From a virus (Duplodnaviria; Heunggongvirae; Uroviricota; Caudoviricetes): a DNA stretch of 64,000 nt. How positions within the stretch are numbered: the stretch's first letter is position 1; each line of letters starts with the position of its first letter. The stretch lies in the IMG/VR virus record IMGVR_UViG_3300044693_000272; one strand, 5' to 3'. A program made the position numbers and the translations under genes. Below, in pieces: positions 36,635 through 46,545 of the stretch. The notes under the pieces are model-generated. The model saw nothing but the letters and a program-made list of their open reading frames with translations, had not been told where the DNA came from and ran no database searches.

Positions 36635-36894
36635 TTTTCTAGCGCCAATTTACAAGCAATTGCATCTGCCATAGATTCAAAATAAATGGCATTACAAAAT
36701 ATTGGTTTAAAATATGCGCCAGCCGTATTTTTAATGAACCACTCTAGGTTCTCGCGCACTAGGGCAGAAGCCGCCACTCCTTTGGTACGCAGCACACAAG
36801 CTGGTGTGAATTTGAGTTTGTTGTAGACGCGACGCCGAACTTCCTGATTTTGCTCAGTAATGAAGTCGTGAACGGTCATGATGATCAATTGCAT
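36631..36894 (-). CDS. divergent C-terminal-motif family member (87 aa)
   Basis: Ends MADAIACKLALEK. Confidence 0.4.
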   Translation of the reverse strand: MQLIIMTVHDFITEQNQEVRRRVYNKLKFTPACVLRTKGVAASALVRENLEWFIKNTAGAYFKPIFCNAIYFESMADAIACKLALEK

Positions 36895-36960
36895 ATGAAA
36901 TAAGGGGAACGCTGTTCCCCTTATTGTAGCACCGTTTGGTGAGTTAGTGCCAATTCTGGC

Positions 36961-37320
36961 TTAGTGATTCGTATTAACCTTGCCCTTTGCAAGATCGCTA
37001 TAGAAGTGCTTCGTGACATCTTGTACGAGACGCGGACACAGCGTCATTTGCATCGTTGCCGAGAGAATCGGCGTGTATACGTCACCACCATCCGTGCGGC
37101 CACCAATCTTTTCGGCCCACTTTTCCATGACCTTACCCATCTCGCTGAGATAACGCGTCTTGAACTTCAGCTTGCCGTTGCGGCGACCCCAGAAGTTGAC
37201 CAACTTACCGTCGATCTTAGCAATTCCCCAGATTTTATCGTTGCTTGCTGCACCGCCTGCGTTGCCACGTGCGCCTTCGTTGTAGAAGTGACCAAACTTG
37301 ATGATTTCGACGTTTGCCAT
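36961..37320 (-). CDS. WGR-domain protein (about 119 aa)
   Basis: Start trimmed to MANVEIIKFGH; KLVNFWGRRNGKLKFKT plus downstream A...F...K..KG pattern fit the WGR domain. Confidence 0.55.
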   Translation of the reverse strand: MANVEIIKFGHFYNEGARGNAGGAASNDKIWGIAKIDGKLVNFWGRRNGKLKFKTRYLSEMGKVMEKWAEKIGGRTDGGDVYTPILSATMQMTLCPRLVQDVTKHFYSDLAKGKVNTNH

Positions 37321-37541
37321 TTCGATCTCCTGTAAAGTTTGTTGCGTTGTCTTCACTGCTTACCATGTATCACATTCTAGGTTCATCTAAAGATGGCGTC
37401 AAGCAAATTTAAGGAGATTTTTAGATAAACTCGATCACGTCGATAGTTACAGTGCAAGCTGAATTGTGTGCCTCAAAGTGATTTATGTAGCCTAATGAAA
37501 GGTGGTGCAAGCAAAACTCGCACCACCTGGTTGCAAGGTTT

Positions 37542-37835
37542 TTAGTAAGGGCCGCTCAAGTCACCAATATCTTCTAGTTCAGTTGAACTAAGATGCTCGA
37601 TACGATCATTGAAAGCCCACAGGGTGGCGCCGTAACGCACGCCTTCGTTGCTAATAGCAGACAAATACAAAGTTTCATGCCTACCTTGCTGCTGCATTCT
37701 GAAATCGTTTCCGAGCCAGTCAATAAGCAGTTTTCGCACATCTTTAGGGTCGATGCTGCTCACTGTACCCACAAAGTCATGAGCGCCGCCAGGGCCCACT
37801 TGCCCGTCCGAAACCTTAATGAATACTAGCACCAT
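37542..37835 (-). CDS. hypothetical protein (97 aa)
   Basis: AGGGAGTTCGT SD. Confidence 0.5.
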   Translation of the reverse strand: MVLVFIKVSDGQVGPGGAHDFVGTVSSIDPKDVRKLLIDWLGNDFRMQQQGRHETLYLSAISNEGVRYGATLWAFNDRIEHLSSTELEDIGDLSGPY

Positions 37836-37899
37836 ACGAACTCCCTATTCATTTACCATATTCTTATGGTAAATTCAAATGAGCAAGAAGTAAAGCGTT

Positions 37900-38028
37900 T
37901 TCAACGGCCGTAAAATTCATGTTCTCTTGAGGCAGGAAACTCATATTTCATGTTTTTCACCATCAAGGGAATTAGCATAAAAACAACAAAACCGATACCG
38001 AACAGTAACCCAATCAACAAATCGTACA
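37900..38028 (-). CDS. very small hydrophobic protein (42 aa)
   Basis: Not in ORF track; GGGGG SD then ATG; MYDLLIGLLFGIGFVVFMLIPLMV. Confidence 0.3.
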
Positions 38029-38080
38029 TATAAACCCCCTATCATTCTATGTACGATTATTTTAAATATGGATCAAATCT

Positions 38081-38398
38081 TCAGCACCATGTTAGTTTGA
38101 ATATGGCTGCGTCTGCTTCATCTTGAAAGCACCACAGCTCATAAATTGGAGACTTGACTTCCGATGTCAAAAACGCAGCAAACGCACCACGCACATTATT
38201 GCCACACCATTCATGTATGCTCTGAACGTAGTCGGAGCGGCGCTTGCGATGTGTCTCGGAAAACACGACGAATGCTTTTGGCTTGAAGGGAAGGTTCTTG
38301 ATGTCTTTGCAGAAATTTTCCTCTTCGTAGTCACGGCTGCTCCACTGTGTAGGTTTGCAGCCATAAAATTCGTTTAATGTTTCACTAAGCGTCTTCAT
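38081..38398 (-). CDS. C-terminal FKLTWG-motif family member (about 105 aa)
   Basis: Start at internal MKTLSETL; ends ADAAIFKLTWC. Confidence 0.45.
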   Translation of the reverse strand: MKTLSETLNEFYGCKPTQWSSRDYEEENFCKDIKNLPFKPKAFVVFSETHRKRRSDYVQSIHEWCGNNVRGAFAAFLTSEVKSPIYELWCFQDEADAAIFKLTWC

Positions 38399-38777
38399 GA
38401 GAAAGCATGCTGCCACCAAACAGATAATGGTAAAAGGCCGCACCACAATCGAGGTTGACATAGTCTGGGCCTTGCATACCCATTTCGGAATAGCTAATCG
38501 CCGCAGCACCGTCAGCCGGAACATAACATTGAGCAATGAGTGCCCGCCGAAATGTTGCTAACCACGTGTCATCAGTGTAGATGCGGCCGTCGTCAATATC
38601 CCAGGTGTTAGGATCAAAGTAAGCGTTCACCGACGCAAACTTGGACTCGTGATCCACATAAGCTACTTCAAGTCGAACGATGTTGACATCACGTGCAACC
38701 TTGGACCAAAGACCTTTCCCATCGGTCTTGGTGTTCATAGGAAAACCGTGTGGGGGTCGAATAGCTAAATTATTCAT
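38385..38777 (-). CDS. hypothetical protein (130 aa)
   Basis: ORF track. Confidence 0.45.
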   Translation of the reverse strand: MNNLAIRPPHGFPMNTKTDGKGLWSKVARDVNIVRLEVAYVDHESKFASVNAYFDPNTWDIDDGRIYTDDTWLATFRRALIAQCYVPADGAAAISYSEMGMQGPDYVNLDCGAAFYHYLFGGSMLSHEDA

Positions 38778-38887
38778 ATTTGCTTCATGATTACAGCACT
38801 TTCGCAGCCATCATTTCGTCAACATGACTTCATGAATGTCGAAACCGACCACATCAATGCGATCAAAACGGCTGATAGTAGGCTTAT

Positions 38888-39097
38888 TCATTCTATCACA
38901 GTCGCATATTTGCAGAACAGTGATTGAAAGACGAGCTTCTCACCACCTTGACTATCCCGCATTAGAACATGCGGTTTGTCATATGCAGTTCCATTCTCAC
39001 GGTGAGTTCTCACTCCCACGAAAGTGACGCGTTTATATGCGCCATATGAAACGGGAGTACCATCCGGAAGTGCTTTTAGTTGTTCTACAGTGATCAT
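38888..39097 (-). CDS. hypothetical protein (69 aa)
   Basis: ACAGGAGCG SD. Confidence 0.5.
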   Translation of the reverse strand: MITVEQLKALPDGTPVSYGAYKRVTFVGVRTHRENGTAYDKPHVLMRDSQGGEKLVFQSLFCKYATVIE

Positions 39098-39166
39098 TTT
39101 CGCTCCTGTCGAATGCCATACTCATATAGTATATTCATATTAGTACGGCATCAACAGGTAAATGAA

Positions 39167-39379
39167 TCAGTCAAGTACTTCGATTGTTACTCGCACACGC
39201 TTACCAATCAAGTTGTCAAAATCCGGATGTTCTCCTTCTTCTGACCAGCTCTGCACTCGAACGAACATACCTTCCTCTGCTCCTGTACCGTCATCATCTA
39301 TGTCAAGAATCTTTGCACAGCCACCGTCTTCCTCTGAAACGTCTCTTGCGGACACCGTTTGTTCAAATACTTTTTTCAT
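39167..39379 (-). CDS. hypothetical acidic protein (70 aa)
   Basis: AAAGAGGTCAC SD. Confidence 0.5.
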   Translation of the reverse strand: MKKVFEQTVSARDVSEEDGGCAKILDIDDDGTGAEEGMFVRVQSWSEEGEHPDFDNLIGKRVRVTIEVLD

Positions 39380-39410
39380 AGTGACCTCTTTGTTGAAACC
39401 GCTAGTTTAA

Positions 39411-39442
39411 AGCAAAAAGGTACCTGTTTGTAGGTACCTTTT
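39411..39442 (-). terminator. rho-independent terminator
   Basis: aaaggtacct-acaaac-aggtaccttt then TTTGCTTTAAA on the minus strand. Confidence 0.5.
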
Positions 39443-39558
39443 ACACGACTAGTCTGTTTATTACTCAGCTGTAAGCTTTGTTACCAGGATTACAGTGCCA
39501 TATTTTAAGAGCGTGACTTTGCTAGAGCACGTTGTTTCCAGTGTTACTGCGTTACTGC

Positions 39559-39960
39559 TTACGCTTCAACTGCCTTCGCCAGTTCCACTTTGAAGTGGGC
39601 TAGTTTCGCTTCATGATCCTTCACACGGAGGCGCGCATATCCAAGTTCACGTTCTTCATTTGCGATCTTCTCGTTCAAGCCCCAGACTGTCGCAGCTTTG
39701 ATGGGGTCTGCTGCGTCGAGCAAGTTTACCGGAAACACATAGTCGCTCGTGTTTTCGCAGCCACGGACCGACCAACTCGTTTCGATACGCACGTTCTCTC
39801 CGTAAAAATCGATCGATTCGACTGTGTCATGCGCAATGCTGCCCAAGCCAGCCGCTTCTATAATCTTATTAAGTCGGTTCTTGGCTTCGTCAATGTTTGG
39901 GTGTTTGTACATCGAAAGGTCCGACGCGGCTTGCGCAACGAGTTCCCGAAGTGTAGACAT
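39559..39960 (-). CDS. hypothetical protein (133 aa)
   Basis: ACAAGGAGAAC SD; promoter motif upstream. Confidence 0.55.
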   Translation of the reverse strand: MSTLRELVAQAASDLSMYKHPNIDEAKNRLNKIIEAAGLGSIAHDTVESIDFYGENVRIETSWSVRGCENTSDYVFPVNLLDAADPIKAATVWGLNEKIANEERELGYARLRVKDHEAKLAHFKVELAKAVEA

Positions 39961-40067
39961 TTTGTTCTCCTTGTTTGTTTACCATGTTCCTATGGAAAGT
40001 TCATTTGAATATGATTACGACAGAAGAATGAAGAGGCCATAAAAGCCTCTTAAATATTCAAAATTGA

Positions 40068-40307
40068 TTAAAAATCAGCTGGATGGATGACTTGGGTACC
40101 CTTACCATCAGCCTGCACATCTTTTTCACACAGAACAACACTAACCATGTGCTGTTTACTTTTGGGCACTTTGAACAATGCAATGGCTTGCTTCTTTGCA
40201 TCAACTAGACTATCAGCATAGATGTCAGATTGCTTACCATTGTAAAATCCTTTATAACCATGCATTATTTTCTCCTTTTCATTACTATATTCGTATATTA
40301 TGTTCAA
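40068..40307 (-). CDS. hypothetical protein (79 aa)
   Basis: AAAAGGAGAAAAT SD. Confidence 0.5.
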   Translation of the reverse strand: MNIIYEYSNEKEKIMHGYKGFYNGKQSDIYADSLVDAKKQAIALFKVPKSKQHMVSVVLCEKDVQADGKGTQVIHPADF

Positions 40308-40377
40308 ATGGATATAAAATCAAGCATCAAATGAATGATGACCGCTTTTGGGCGGTCATCATGTTGTGTGTTATTGC

Positions 40378-40923
40378 TTACGCTTGCACTTCACGACGTG
40401 CTGCAAGCTGCCATGCGTTGCTTGCGTTCACTAGGATCAGGATTGCAAGGCCGCCAAGGCTCAGTGCTTCATGATGCGCAAAAACAAGCGTACCTTCAAG
40501 CAACACTGTGAAGCCCCATGCCTTGATTTGATGACCGCACCATTTATTTGCCCAGCTTGCCACCGACGGGGCCGAGAACATAAGCGCGGCAGCTACCAAA
40601 ATCCAGAGAAGCGGTTGGGATGCGGCTTCTTGATGAGCAATCACAAAGCTTGCAATCGGGAGAAAACCGCTTGCGATTGCAGCAACAAACTGGCCGATCG
40701 TTCGCTTCTGGGCAGCCGACACCTTGATCGGAGCAGCCGTCGGGAGTGCCCGCGGCTTTGCTGCCTTCTTTGCTACCTTCGCTTCGCCTACTTGCGGCGT
40801 TGTCTTTGCATCCTTCAATGCTTGCGTAGCAGCACGACGAGCACGACTACGAACAGCACTGGGTGACATCGAGAGTTGTTTTTCAGACTTTACGATCTCA
40901 ACCACGTTCGTTGCGTTTGCCAT
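40378..40923 (-). CDS. membrane protein with basic N-terminal region and 3-4 TM helices (about 181 aa)
   Basis: Start trimmed to MANATNVV (AAGGAGTTAACAAC ATG). Confidence 0.5.
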   Translation of the reverse strand: MANATNVVEIVKSEKQLSMSPSAVRSRARRAATQALKDAKTTPQVGEAKVAKKAAKPRALPTAAPIKVSAAQKRTIGQFVAAIASGFLPIASFVIAHQEAASQPLLWILVAAALMFSAPSVASWANKWCGHQIKAWGFTVLLEGTLVFAHHEALSLGGLAILILVNASNAWQLAARREVQA

Positions 40924-40942
40924 GTTGTTAACTCCTTTGTTG

Positions 40943-40990
40943 TTTACCATGTATCAAATTATGCATTCATTTGATCTTGGTTGCAAGCGT
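40943..40990 (-). promoter_or_regulatory. conserved promoter/operator element: -35 TTGCAA, -10 CATAAT variant
   Basis: Consensus-like copy upstream of 40378-40923. Confidence 0.45.
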
Positions 40991-41069
40991 TATATGAACA
41001 TTTTATGATTCAACTTCAAAAGAAATGGCCACCTTGGTGGCCATTTTCACTCTTGCTTATTGCCCTTGT

Positions 41070-41441
41070 TTAGTACGCAAGGACAATATCAAAATGCCGT
41101 TTGTGTTGTTCGACTGACTTCACAATCGCCTTCGGAAACTTGAACACACGCACCGTCCATTCGGTGTCACGAACTTTCGTGCTTTTGGTACGAGACTGAA
41201 GGCCGATACCACCATGACGATTGACAATGGTTTTCTTCTGCGCGAATTTTGCTCGTTTCTTTTCGATGTGATATACGAAGATGTGATCATGGTCTCGGCC
41301 TTCGCTCAGGTATGAACCTTTGTTCCCCATCGTATGGGCGAGAACGCCACGATAAGCGTCGTTATAACTGATCTGATGATTGCGTGTCATGCTTGCAACA
41401 CGAAAATCATTCATCTTTGGCTTACGAGAAATGATAGCCAT
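41070..41441 (-). CDS. hypothetical basic protein (about 124 aa; start MAIISRKP)
   Basis: Trimmed MSISFEHGKQ artefact; ACAAGGAGAATAAAG ATG. Confidence 0.5.
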   Translation of the reverse strand: MAIISRKPKMNDFRVASMTRNHQISYNDAYRGVLAHTMGNKGSYLSEGRDHDHIFVYHIEKKRAKFAQKKTIVNRHGGIGLQSRTKSTKVRDTEWTVRVFKFPKAIVKSVEQHKRHFDIVLAY

Positions 41442-41460
41442 CTTTATTCTCCTTGTTTGT

Positions 41461-41510
41461 TTACCATGTTCAAATGATATGCTCATCTGAACATGATTGC
41501 AAGCACTTTT
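41461..41510 (-). promoter_or_regulatory. conserved promoter/operator element: -35 TTGCAA (41497-41502), -10 TATCAT (41474-41479)
   Basis: Consensus copy. Confidence 0.55.
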
Positions 41511-41697
41511 ATTCTTCAAATCGATCAAGGAACGAATCCAAGTTTTCGATGTCAATTGCTTGTACACTGTAATCGTCACTAATATTTTCGACGTGTTTAC
41601 GAACAGTTTCAAGATCTGCGCACTCTCCATCAATCACAGCAAGCAGGGCTTCACTCGGCACGGCGGAAAAATCAGTCACTACATAAACAGTTGTCAT
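41509..41697 (-). CDS. hypothetical acidic protein (about 63 aa; start MTTVYVV)
   Basis: Trimmed MNLSFEHGKQ artefact. Confidence 0.45.
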   Translation of the reverse strand: MTTVYVVTDFSAVPSEALLAVIDGECADLETVRKHVENISDDYSVQAIDIENLDSFLDRFEE

Positions 41698-41716
41698 CTT
41701 TATTCTCCTTGTTTGT

Positions 41717-41765
41717 TTACCATGTTCAAATGATAAATTCACCTAACCACCTTCGCAAGCACTTT
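41717..41765 (-). promoter_or_regulatory. conserved promoter/operator element: -35 TTGCGA (41753-41758), -10 TATCAT (41730-41735)
   Basis: Consensus copy. Confidence 0.5.
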
Positions 41766-41786
41766 TTGAATGTGGTTATCATTCTT

Positions 41787-42506
41787 TTACATGACAAGCA
41801 ACATCTTCTTTATGATCGTAATCAGCTGCTTTTCCGTATAGTCATCGATCTTGTAGAGATGCTTAGATGCGTGCCGAATATTGCATGCAATTTCAAAGAT
41901 CATCTCACGCTTGCGGTGTCGCGTCAGGCCAGTCTTCTCGAAAATGCGCTGTTTGACTTGTTCATTGAAAGCCACGCGTTCTCGGTTTTGCTGTTCTTTT
42001 TCCTGCTTTGCCTTTTCAGCTCGTTCTTCGTCAGTGCCATGTTCAGCAATAAACTTTGTTCGAGCATTTTCATTGTTGATAACAACTCGAGTAGCATATG
42101 TTTCCCAATCCGCAAGGCGCTCGATTAGCTTTGTTTCGAACGTATTCCATTCGCTTTCACCAATGGCGAGTTTGAAACGCTTGGGGTTGTGTGATGGCGA
42201 GATCATGTTTTGACTAATCGAGTCGGGATCAACACCATTAAATCCAACCAACTCAATGCGAAAGATGTTTTCAGCAGCCCGAAGCCCGCCCCCATAAACC
42301 TTGTAATATACTTTCAGGTTGATCTTACGGCCCTTGTTTTCAAATTCATAATTCGCCCTAGTGTACGGTACATAAATCGACTTATCAATTTCAAACATTG
42401 CTCCTTTCGCAAGCAATATATTGGCAGCAGTTGTTTCAACGCTAGAATACGTATAACCAAGTTCAATCAAGCGTGCCATAATCTCTGCGGTCGTTTGCAA
42501 GATCAT
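41787..42506 (-). CDS. hypothetical protein (about 239 aa)
   Basis: AAGGAG ATG ATC start. Confidence 0.5.
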   Translation of the reverse strand: MILQTTAEIMARLIELGYTYSSVETTAANILLAKGAMFEIDKSIYVPYTRANYEFENKGRKINLKVYYKVYGGGLRAAENIFRIELVGFNGVDPDSISQNMISPSHNPKRFKLAIGESEWNTFETKLIERLADWETYATRVVINNENARTKFIAEHGTDEERAEKAKQEKEQQNRERVAFNEQVKQRIFEKTGLTRHRKREMIFEIACNIRHASKHLYKIDDYTEKQLITIIKKMLLVM

Positions 42507-42640
42507 CTCCTTGTCATTTACCATATATCAAATTATACATTCATTTGGCTACAGTGCAAGCATTATTTGATATGGTTATTCCTTCCTCCATAAACAAAAA
42601 GCCACCTCCACGTGGCTTTTTGTTTATTTGCGTTTTTGCT

Positions 42641-42916
42641 TTAGCTCAAATAAAAAGTGTACATGTTGCCAGTCATTTCATCGAAGCAATATGCATGATC
42701 ACCATCAATACTAACTGTCACTTCATCTTCTTCAAGCTCATCGGCTAGTTCGTGCTCAGCAAGATCAACTTCCAGCACTTCGATCATGAACTTCACGATC
42801 ATGTCAAAGCACTCTTCTTCCTGCATCGTATCGCAGTCGGGACCAACAACGTGTTTGATTTTACCGTCAAAGCGGTGATTGACATCGCGAATAACAGCAA
42901 TCATGTTCAATTTCAT
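42641..42916 (-). CDS. hypothetical protein (about 92 aa; start MKLNMIAV)
   Basis: ACGGAGAGAACA ATG. Confidence 0.45.
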   Translation of the reverse strand: MKLNMIAVIRDVNHRFDGKIKHVVGPDCDTMQEEECFDMIVKFMIEVLEVDLAEHELADELEEDEVTVSIDGDHAYCFDEMTGNMYTFYLS

Positions 42917-42932
42917 TGTTCTCTCCGTTTGT

Positions 42933-43184
42933 TTACAAAAGGTTGTTGACGTTGATCCCGCTTTGAACCATTTGCTCATTCAATATCGAGTTAAATCGCT
43001 CGCTTGCATCGATAAAGAGCTTCCATTCAGTTAGGAATTTCACCACTTCGGGATCGTTCATATCGAAGTGCTCTGCAATGTATTGATCCCAGTTCTGGGC
43101 ATCGCTTGCACCAGGATAACTACCATTAAGAACGCCGCCGATGATGTGAGCACGGAGCAATTGTTGCATCGTAGTCTTTGCCAT
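42933..43184 (-). CDS. hypothetical protein (about 83 aa; start MAKTTMQQ)
   Basis: ACAAGGAGTTGAAA ATG. Confidence 0.5.
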   Translation of the reverse strand: MAKTTMQQLLRAHIIGGVLNGSYPGASDAQNWDQYIAEHFDMNDPEVVKFLTEWKLFIDASERFNSILNEQMVQSGINVNNLL

Positions 43185-43275
43185 TTTCAACTCCTTGTGT
43201 TTGTTTACCATGTATCAAATAATACATTCATTTGGTTAAAGTATCAAATGAATAATGATTTTTTCATGAAGTGGA

Positions 43276-43315
43276 AATGATGATGGCCAGGGCAGATGCC
43301 CTGGCCATCATCATT
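43276..43315. terminator. perfect extended palindrome of the ATGATGGCC family after the WGR gene 43324-43875
   Basis: aaatgatgatggccagggc-agat-gccctggccatcatcatt. Confidence 0.5.
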
Positions 43316-43323
43316 GAGAGTTA

Positions 43324-43875
43324 TTACTCTTGTGTGCTGGAGGGAATAGTGGTCGTTGGGTACGGCCAGCTAAAAGGAGCCGTGTTGGTTGGCGCAGTCT
43401 GAGCCGGTGGCGTTTCGGGAGCCTTTGATTCGGCCTTGGGTTTTCCCTTAGCTTTACCAGCTGCTTTCGGATCCTCAGCCTTCGGCTCCGCAACTTCGCC
43501 ATCAGCTTCGTCATCGACCTTCGCAATGCGGTAGTCGATCTTGCCTTCAGCAAGCGCTGCTTCATACTTTTCGCAAAGCTCTTGCGAGAAGTTGGTCCCA
43601 AGCAGCTCAGCCTGCTTGTCGGCATCGAGATCATCGTGCTTCAGCTTCTTTGCATCAGTGCCATCTAGCTTCTGCTGGTACAGCTTGAGCGCTGCTTCGA
43701 GCTCGCTGATCGGTTCTTGTTTGAACCTAATCGATCCGCCGCGCCGCCCGAAGAACTTGATGACTGCCTCATCAGTGCGCATCAGCCCCCAGAGAGAATC
43801 CTTTTTCGGCTTGTCGTTAGCAAACTTACCCTTGATGAAGGCATGACCAACTTTAAGAATGACCAAGTTACTCAA
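43324..43875 (-). CDS. WGR-domain protein with Lys/Ala/Pro-rich H1-like tail (183 aa)
   Basis: MSNLVILKVGHAFIKGK ... VIKFFGRRGGSIRFKQE ... then AEPKAEDPKAAGKAKGKPKAESK tail. Confidence 0.55.
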   Translation of the reverse strand: MSNLVILKVGHAFIKGKFANDKPKKDSLWGLMRTDEAVIKFFGRRGGSIRFKQEPISELEAALKLYQQKLDGTDAKKLKHDDLDADKQAELLGTNFSQELCEKYEAALAEGKIDYRIAKVDDEADGEVAEPKAEDPKAAGKAKGKPKAESKAPETPPAQTAPTNTAPFSWPYPTTTIPSSTQE

Positions 43876-43941
43876 TTCCGTTCTCCTGTTGTTGTTTACC
43901 GTATGCTTATTGTGTGCTCATCTGAATTTGGTGTCAAGACC

Positions 43942-44106
43942 AATCAGTTACTATTTGAACCTAGCGATCATGTATTCAATCAAGCAGCTATGATCGTCGT
44001 GCCCTGCATCAAACGCTTGCAAAATCGTGTGCTTACCAAGCACACGACGCCCACAACCCCATGGACCGTTGAGATACATTGTCTTGTAGCAGAGCCGCCG
44101 AACTCG
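43942..44106 (-). CDS. small Cys-containing protein (54 aa)
   Basis: Not in ORF track; ATG overlaps the upstream stop (ATGA). Confidence 0.3.
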
Positions 44107-44111
44107 AACCT

Positions 44112-44426
44112 TCATTGCGAATCCATCAACTTTAACGCTTCAAGCGTACCGTCAGCCTTACGACGTCGAACTTCACTCTTGGAGATGCCATACTTCGCAG
44201 CAATTTCAGCAACAGTTCCCATCTCGTGAGGTTGTTGATTCTTGCGCATCTGATTCAGCATTTCTTGGTGCCGAGTCTGATCTGCTTGTCGATCTGCTTC
44301 ATCAGCCGTGCGAAATATTTCTTGTACAACACCACGGAAGTGATTTTTGATTCGCTCGAGCCCTGCAAGTACCTCAGGAGTTTCGAGATCAGCTTCAGTT
44401 GCAGGTGATTGAAATTTGTCTTTCAT
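44112..44426 (-). CDS. small HTH DNA-binding protein (104 aa)
   Basis: MGTVAEIAAKYGISKSEVRRRKADGTL is a helix-turn-helix (sigma region 4 / excisionase-like). Confidence 0.5.
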   Translation of the reverse strand: MKDKFQSPATEADLETPEVLAGLERIKNHFRGVVQEIFRTADEADRQADQTRHQEMLNQMRKNQQPHEMGTVAEIAAKYGISKSEVRRRKADGTLEALKLMDSQ

Positions 44427-44605
44427 GCCAAAGACTGCACATTTGATCTGGAGATCAAAATGACCGGCAACGATAAGTGCAACAGTTTGAATGGTCTGTC
44501 GCGCCGATCACCGACAAACCAGTCAATGCTTTGCTTGCATAACCTTCCATCCTGTCCTCTCAAGTAGTTGCCATATTCATATTGTATCTTCAAATGAATA
44601 TGGAG

Positions 44606-44821
44606 TCAACCAAAAAGCATCACAAAAAACATAATGACGAGAACAACAGCGGAAATCATTGCAATAATTACAATCACCCAAGCACAAATATCAACGCCAT
44701 TAATGCTATGACCCTCAGCAGAGGCATGGCCACCGCCACCATGACCTCCACCTCCGCCACCCCCTCGTGCGAAGGCAACAGTAGCAAACAGCTTCAAAAG
44801 CACAGCAAGAAATCGTTTCAT
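44606..44821 (-). CDS. small Gly/His-rich membrane protein with signal peptide (71 aa)
   Basis: N-terminal signal peptide, GGGGGGGHGGGGH tract, C-terminal TM helix. Confidence 0.45.
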   Translation of the reverse strand: MKRFLAVLLKLFATVAFARGGGGGGGHGGGGHASAEGHSINGVDICAWVIVIIAMISAVVLVIMFFVMLFG

Positions 44822-44882
44822 GAATATTCTTTAAAAAGATCGAAAAGCCATATGGTACGGCTTTTTCTTCACAACCACAAGG

Positions 44883-45173
44883 TTATTTGGTTACTTCGTT
44901 TAAAATCACGTCGAGTGCTTTGAGAAATTCGTCCGAAAGCATTTGATCAGAGCCACGCATCAGTTTCACTGTGATGATGGCATCTTCGAGAGGAGAGTTT
45001 TTGTATTCGACACCGTTCCAATTTGCAGCAGCACCAATCTGAGTTTCGTGAGGAGCCGCTTGATGCCCGCAATAATGGCACTTGGCAAAGAATTTGCCAA
45101 TTTGATGTATATGAATCGTTTGGGTATTCTTGCAGTTGGGGCAAGCATTGAGATTGAGGGACACGTTTTTCAC
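44883..45173 (-). CDS. zinc-ribbon protein (96 aa), apparent GTG start
   Basis: CPNCKN ... CHYCGH. Confidence 0.4.
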   Translation of the reverse strand: MKNVSLNLNACPNCKNTQTIHIHQIGKFFAKCHYCGHQAAPHETQIGAAANWNGVEYKNSPLEDAIITVKLMRGSDQMLSDEFLKALDVILNEVTK

Positions 45174-45285
45174 CTAAGGAATTGCCATGTCCCTCATAAT
45201 AGTACTTGCCAATTTTGGCATCAAGTGTTACTTGATGTATTTGGCAATAAGTTGCATCAACTTTTCACGTGCTCATTGCTTCTCC

Positions 45286-45498
45286 TTATGCAGTTATACG
45301 ATTGTAGGCGTCACGTGCTTCTGCTTCAGTCTTGAAAACTCCGTAATCGTCACCCTTCTTGTTGCTCACCCTGAACCACATTACTAGGCTAGTATTGGTG
45401 TAAGGAGTGCATGAACGCAGTAGATAAGCCTTATCACATTCTTCAAGAATAGCAGTTGTGTCTTCGGTCACAATTTCATAACCATCTATTGTCTTCAT
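45286..45498 (-). CDS. hypothetical protein (about 70 aa; start MKTIDGY)
   Basis: GAAGGGAGATTGTG ATG. Confidence 0.5.
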   Translation of the reverse strand: MKTIDGYEIVTEDTTAILEECDKAYLLRSCTPYTNTSLVMWFRVSNKKGDDYGVFKTEAEARDAYNRITA

Positions 45499-45610
45499 CA
45501 CAATCTCCCTTCGTTTGTCATGTTCATATGGTATACTCAAATACATCAACAGTAAAGGACCAAATGAGCAACGGCCACCTTTCGGTGGCCGTGTACGTTC
45601 CGTTAAATGC

Positions 45611-45943
45611 TCACTTAAAGACCCAGACGGGTGCTTTAGAGCTAAGGTACAGATGATTTTCTTTGTTGATTACCTGGCCGTTTTCTACGTCGATGATGTT
45701 GACGATCTCGTAATAACCATAGCTGGCACCAGTTTGATCATGCTGAATACGGTGATTTGTGCCAACCTTGAATTTATTACTAAGGCGCCCAGAGCTTACG
45801 AAAAACACAACCTTGTCTTGATCGTTCCGGCCAACGTATACGGTGTTCTTGTACCACACTTCATTGAGGCGAGACAGCGGAATCTTGTTTGCATTGAACA
45901 GGCAGCTCGTAGCGGGAAGCAGAGCAACACCATTGCGACTCAT
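45611..45943 (-). CDS. hypothetical protein (about 110 aa; start MSRNGVAL)
   Basis: ACAAGGAGATAAAG ATG. Confidence 0.5.
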   Translation of the reverse strand: MSRNGVALLPATSCLFNANKIPLSRLNEVWYKNTVYVGRNDQDKVVFFVSSGRLSNKFKVGTNHRIQHDQTGASYGYYEIVNIIDVENGQVINKENHLYLSSKAPVWVFK

Positions 45944-46009
45944 CTTTATCTCCTTGTGGTTGTTTACCATGTTAAAATGAATGTATCAGTTGAACATGAT
46001 TGCGAGAGT

Positions 46010-46495
46010 TTATTTACTGCGTGAAGTGCGCGCATTCGAACTGCGAGCGCACATACCTTCCCACTTGTAAAGCTGGGCAACAACTTCACTTTCCAAATTG
46101 GTGTCACCAAATTGAGTAACAATGTGTTCCCGACATTCATACGGCTTTTTCTGGAAGGATTGCTGATGGCCGACTTTACCGTATTCTTTCAATTCAAGTG
46201 AGATACCTGCATTTTGGCTGTAACGGGGCGACCATGATTCATGAAAAAATCGAAATTCTATTATCATCCAGTATTTGGTAGCATTGTAAATGTACTCATA
46301 TCGATAATGAAAGATAGGTGCAGCCTCATAACTTCCGCCGTAAACGTTGTCAGAACGTTTACCAGCAGTAACCGTGAATTCTCCTCTCTTAGGTAACAAT
46401 AAAGAAATCACTTTCAGCTCTTCTTTGTTGGCCGGAAGCCCAAGCGTTGCCAATTGTTCTAGAACAGATCTACTCACAACGTTCTCCTTTGTCAT
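46010..46495 (-). CDS. hypothetical protein (about 155-161 aa; true start may be GTG at 46477)
   Basis: AAGGAG lies inside the annotated N-terminus followed by GTG 6 nt later. Confidence 0.45.
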   Translation of the reverse strand: MTKENVVSRSVLEQLATLGLPANKEELKVISLLLPKRGEFTVTAGKRSDNVYGGSYEAAPIFHYRYEYIYNATKYWMIIEFRFFHESWSPRYSQNAGISLELKEYGKVGHQQSFQKKPYECREHIVTQFGDTNLESEVVAQLYKWEGMCARSSNARTSRSK

Positions 46496-46545
46496 TTACC
46501 ATATTCAAATATTATATTCATTTGAATATAGCCGCAAGCTTTTTA
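46494..46545 (-). promoter_or_regulatory. conserved promoter/operator element: -35 TTGCGG (46532-46537), -10 TAATAT (46509-46514)
   Basis: Consensus-like copy. Confidence 0.45.
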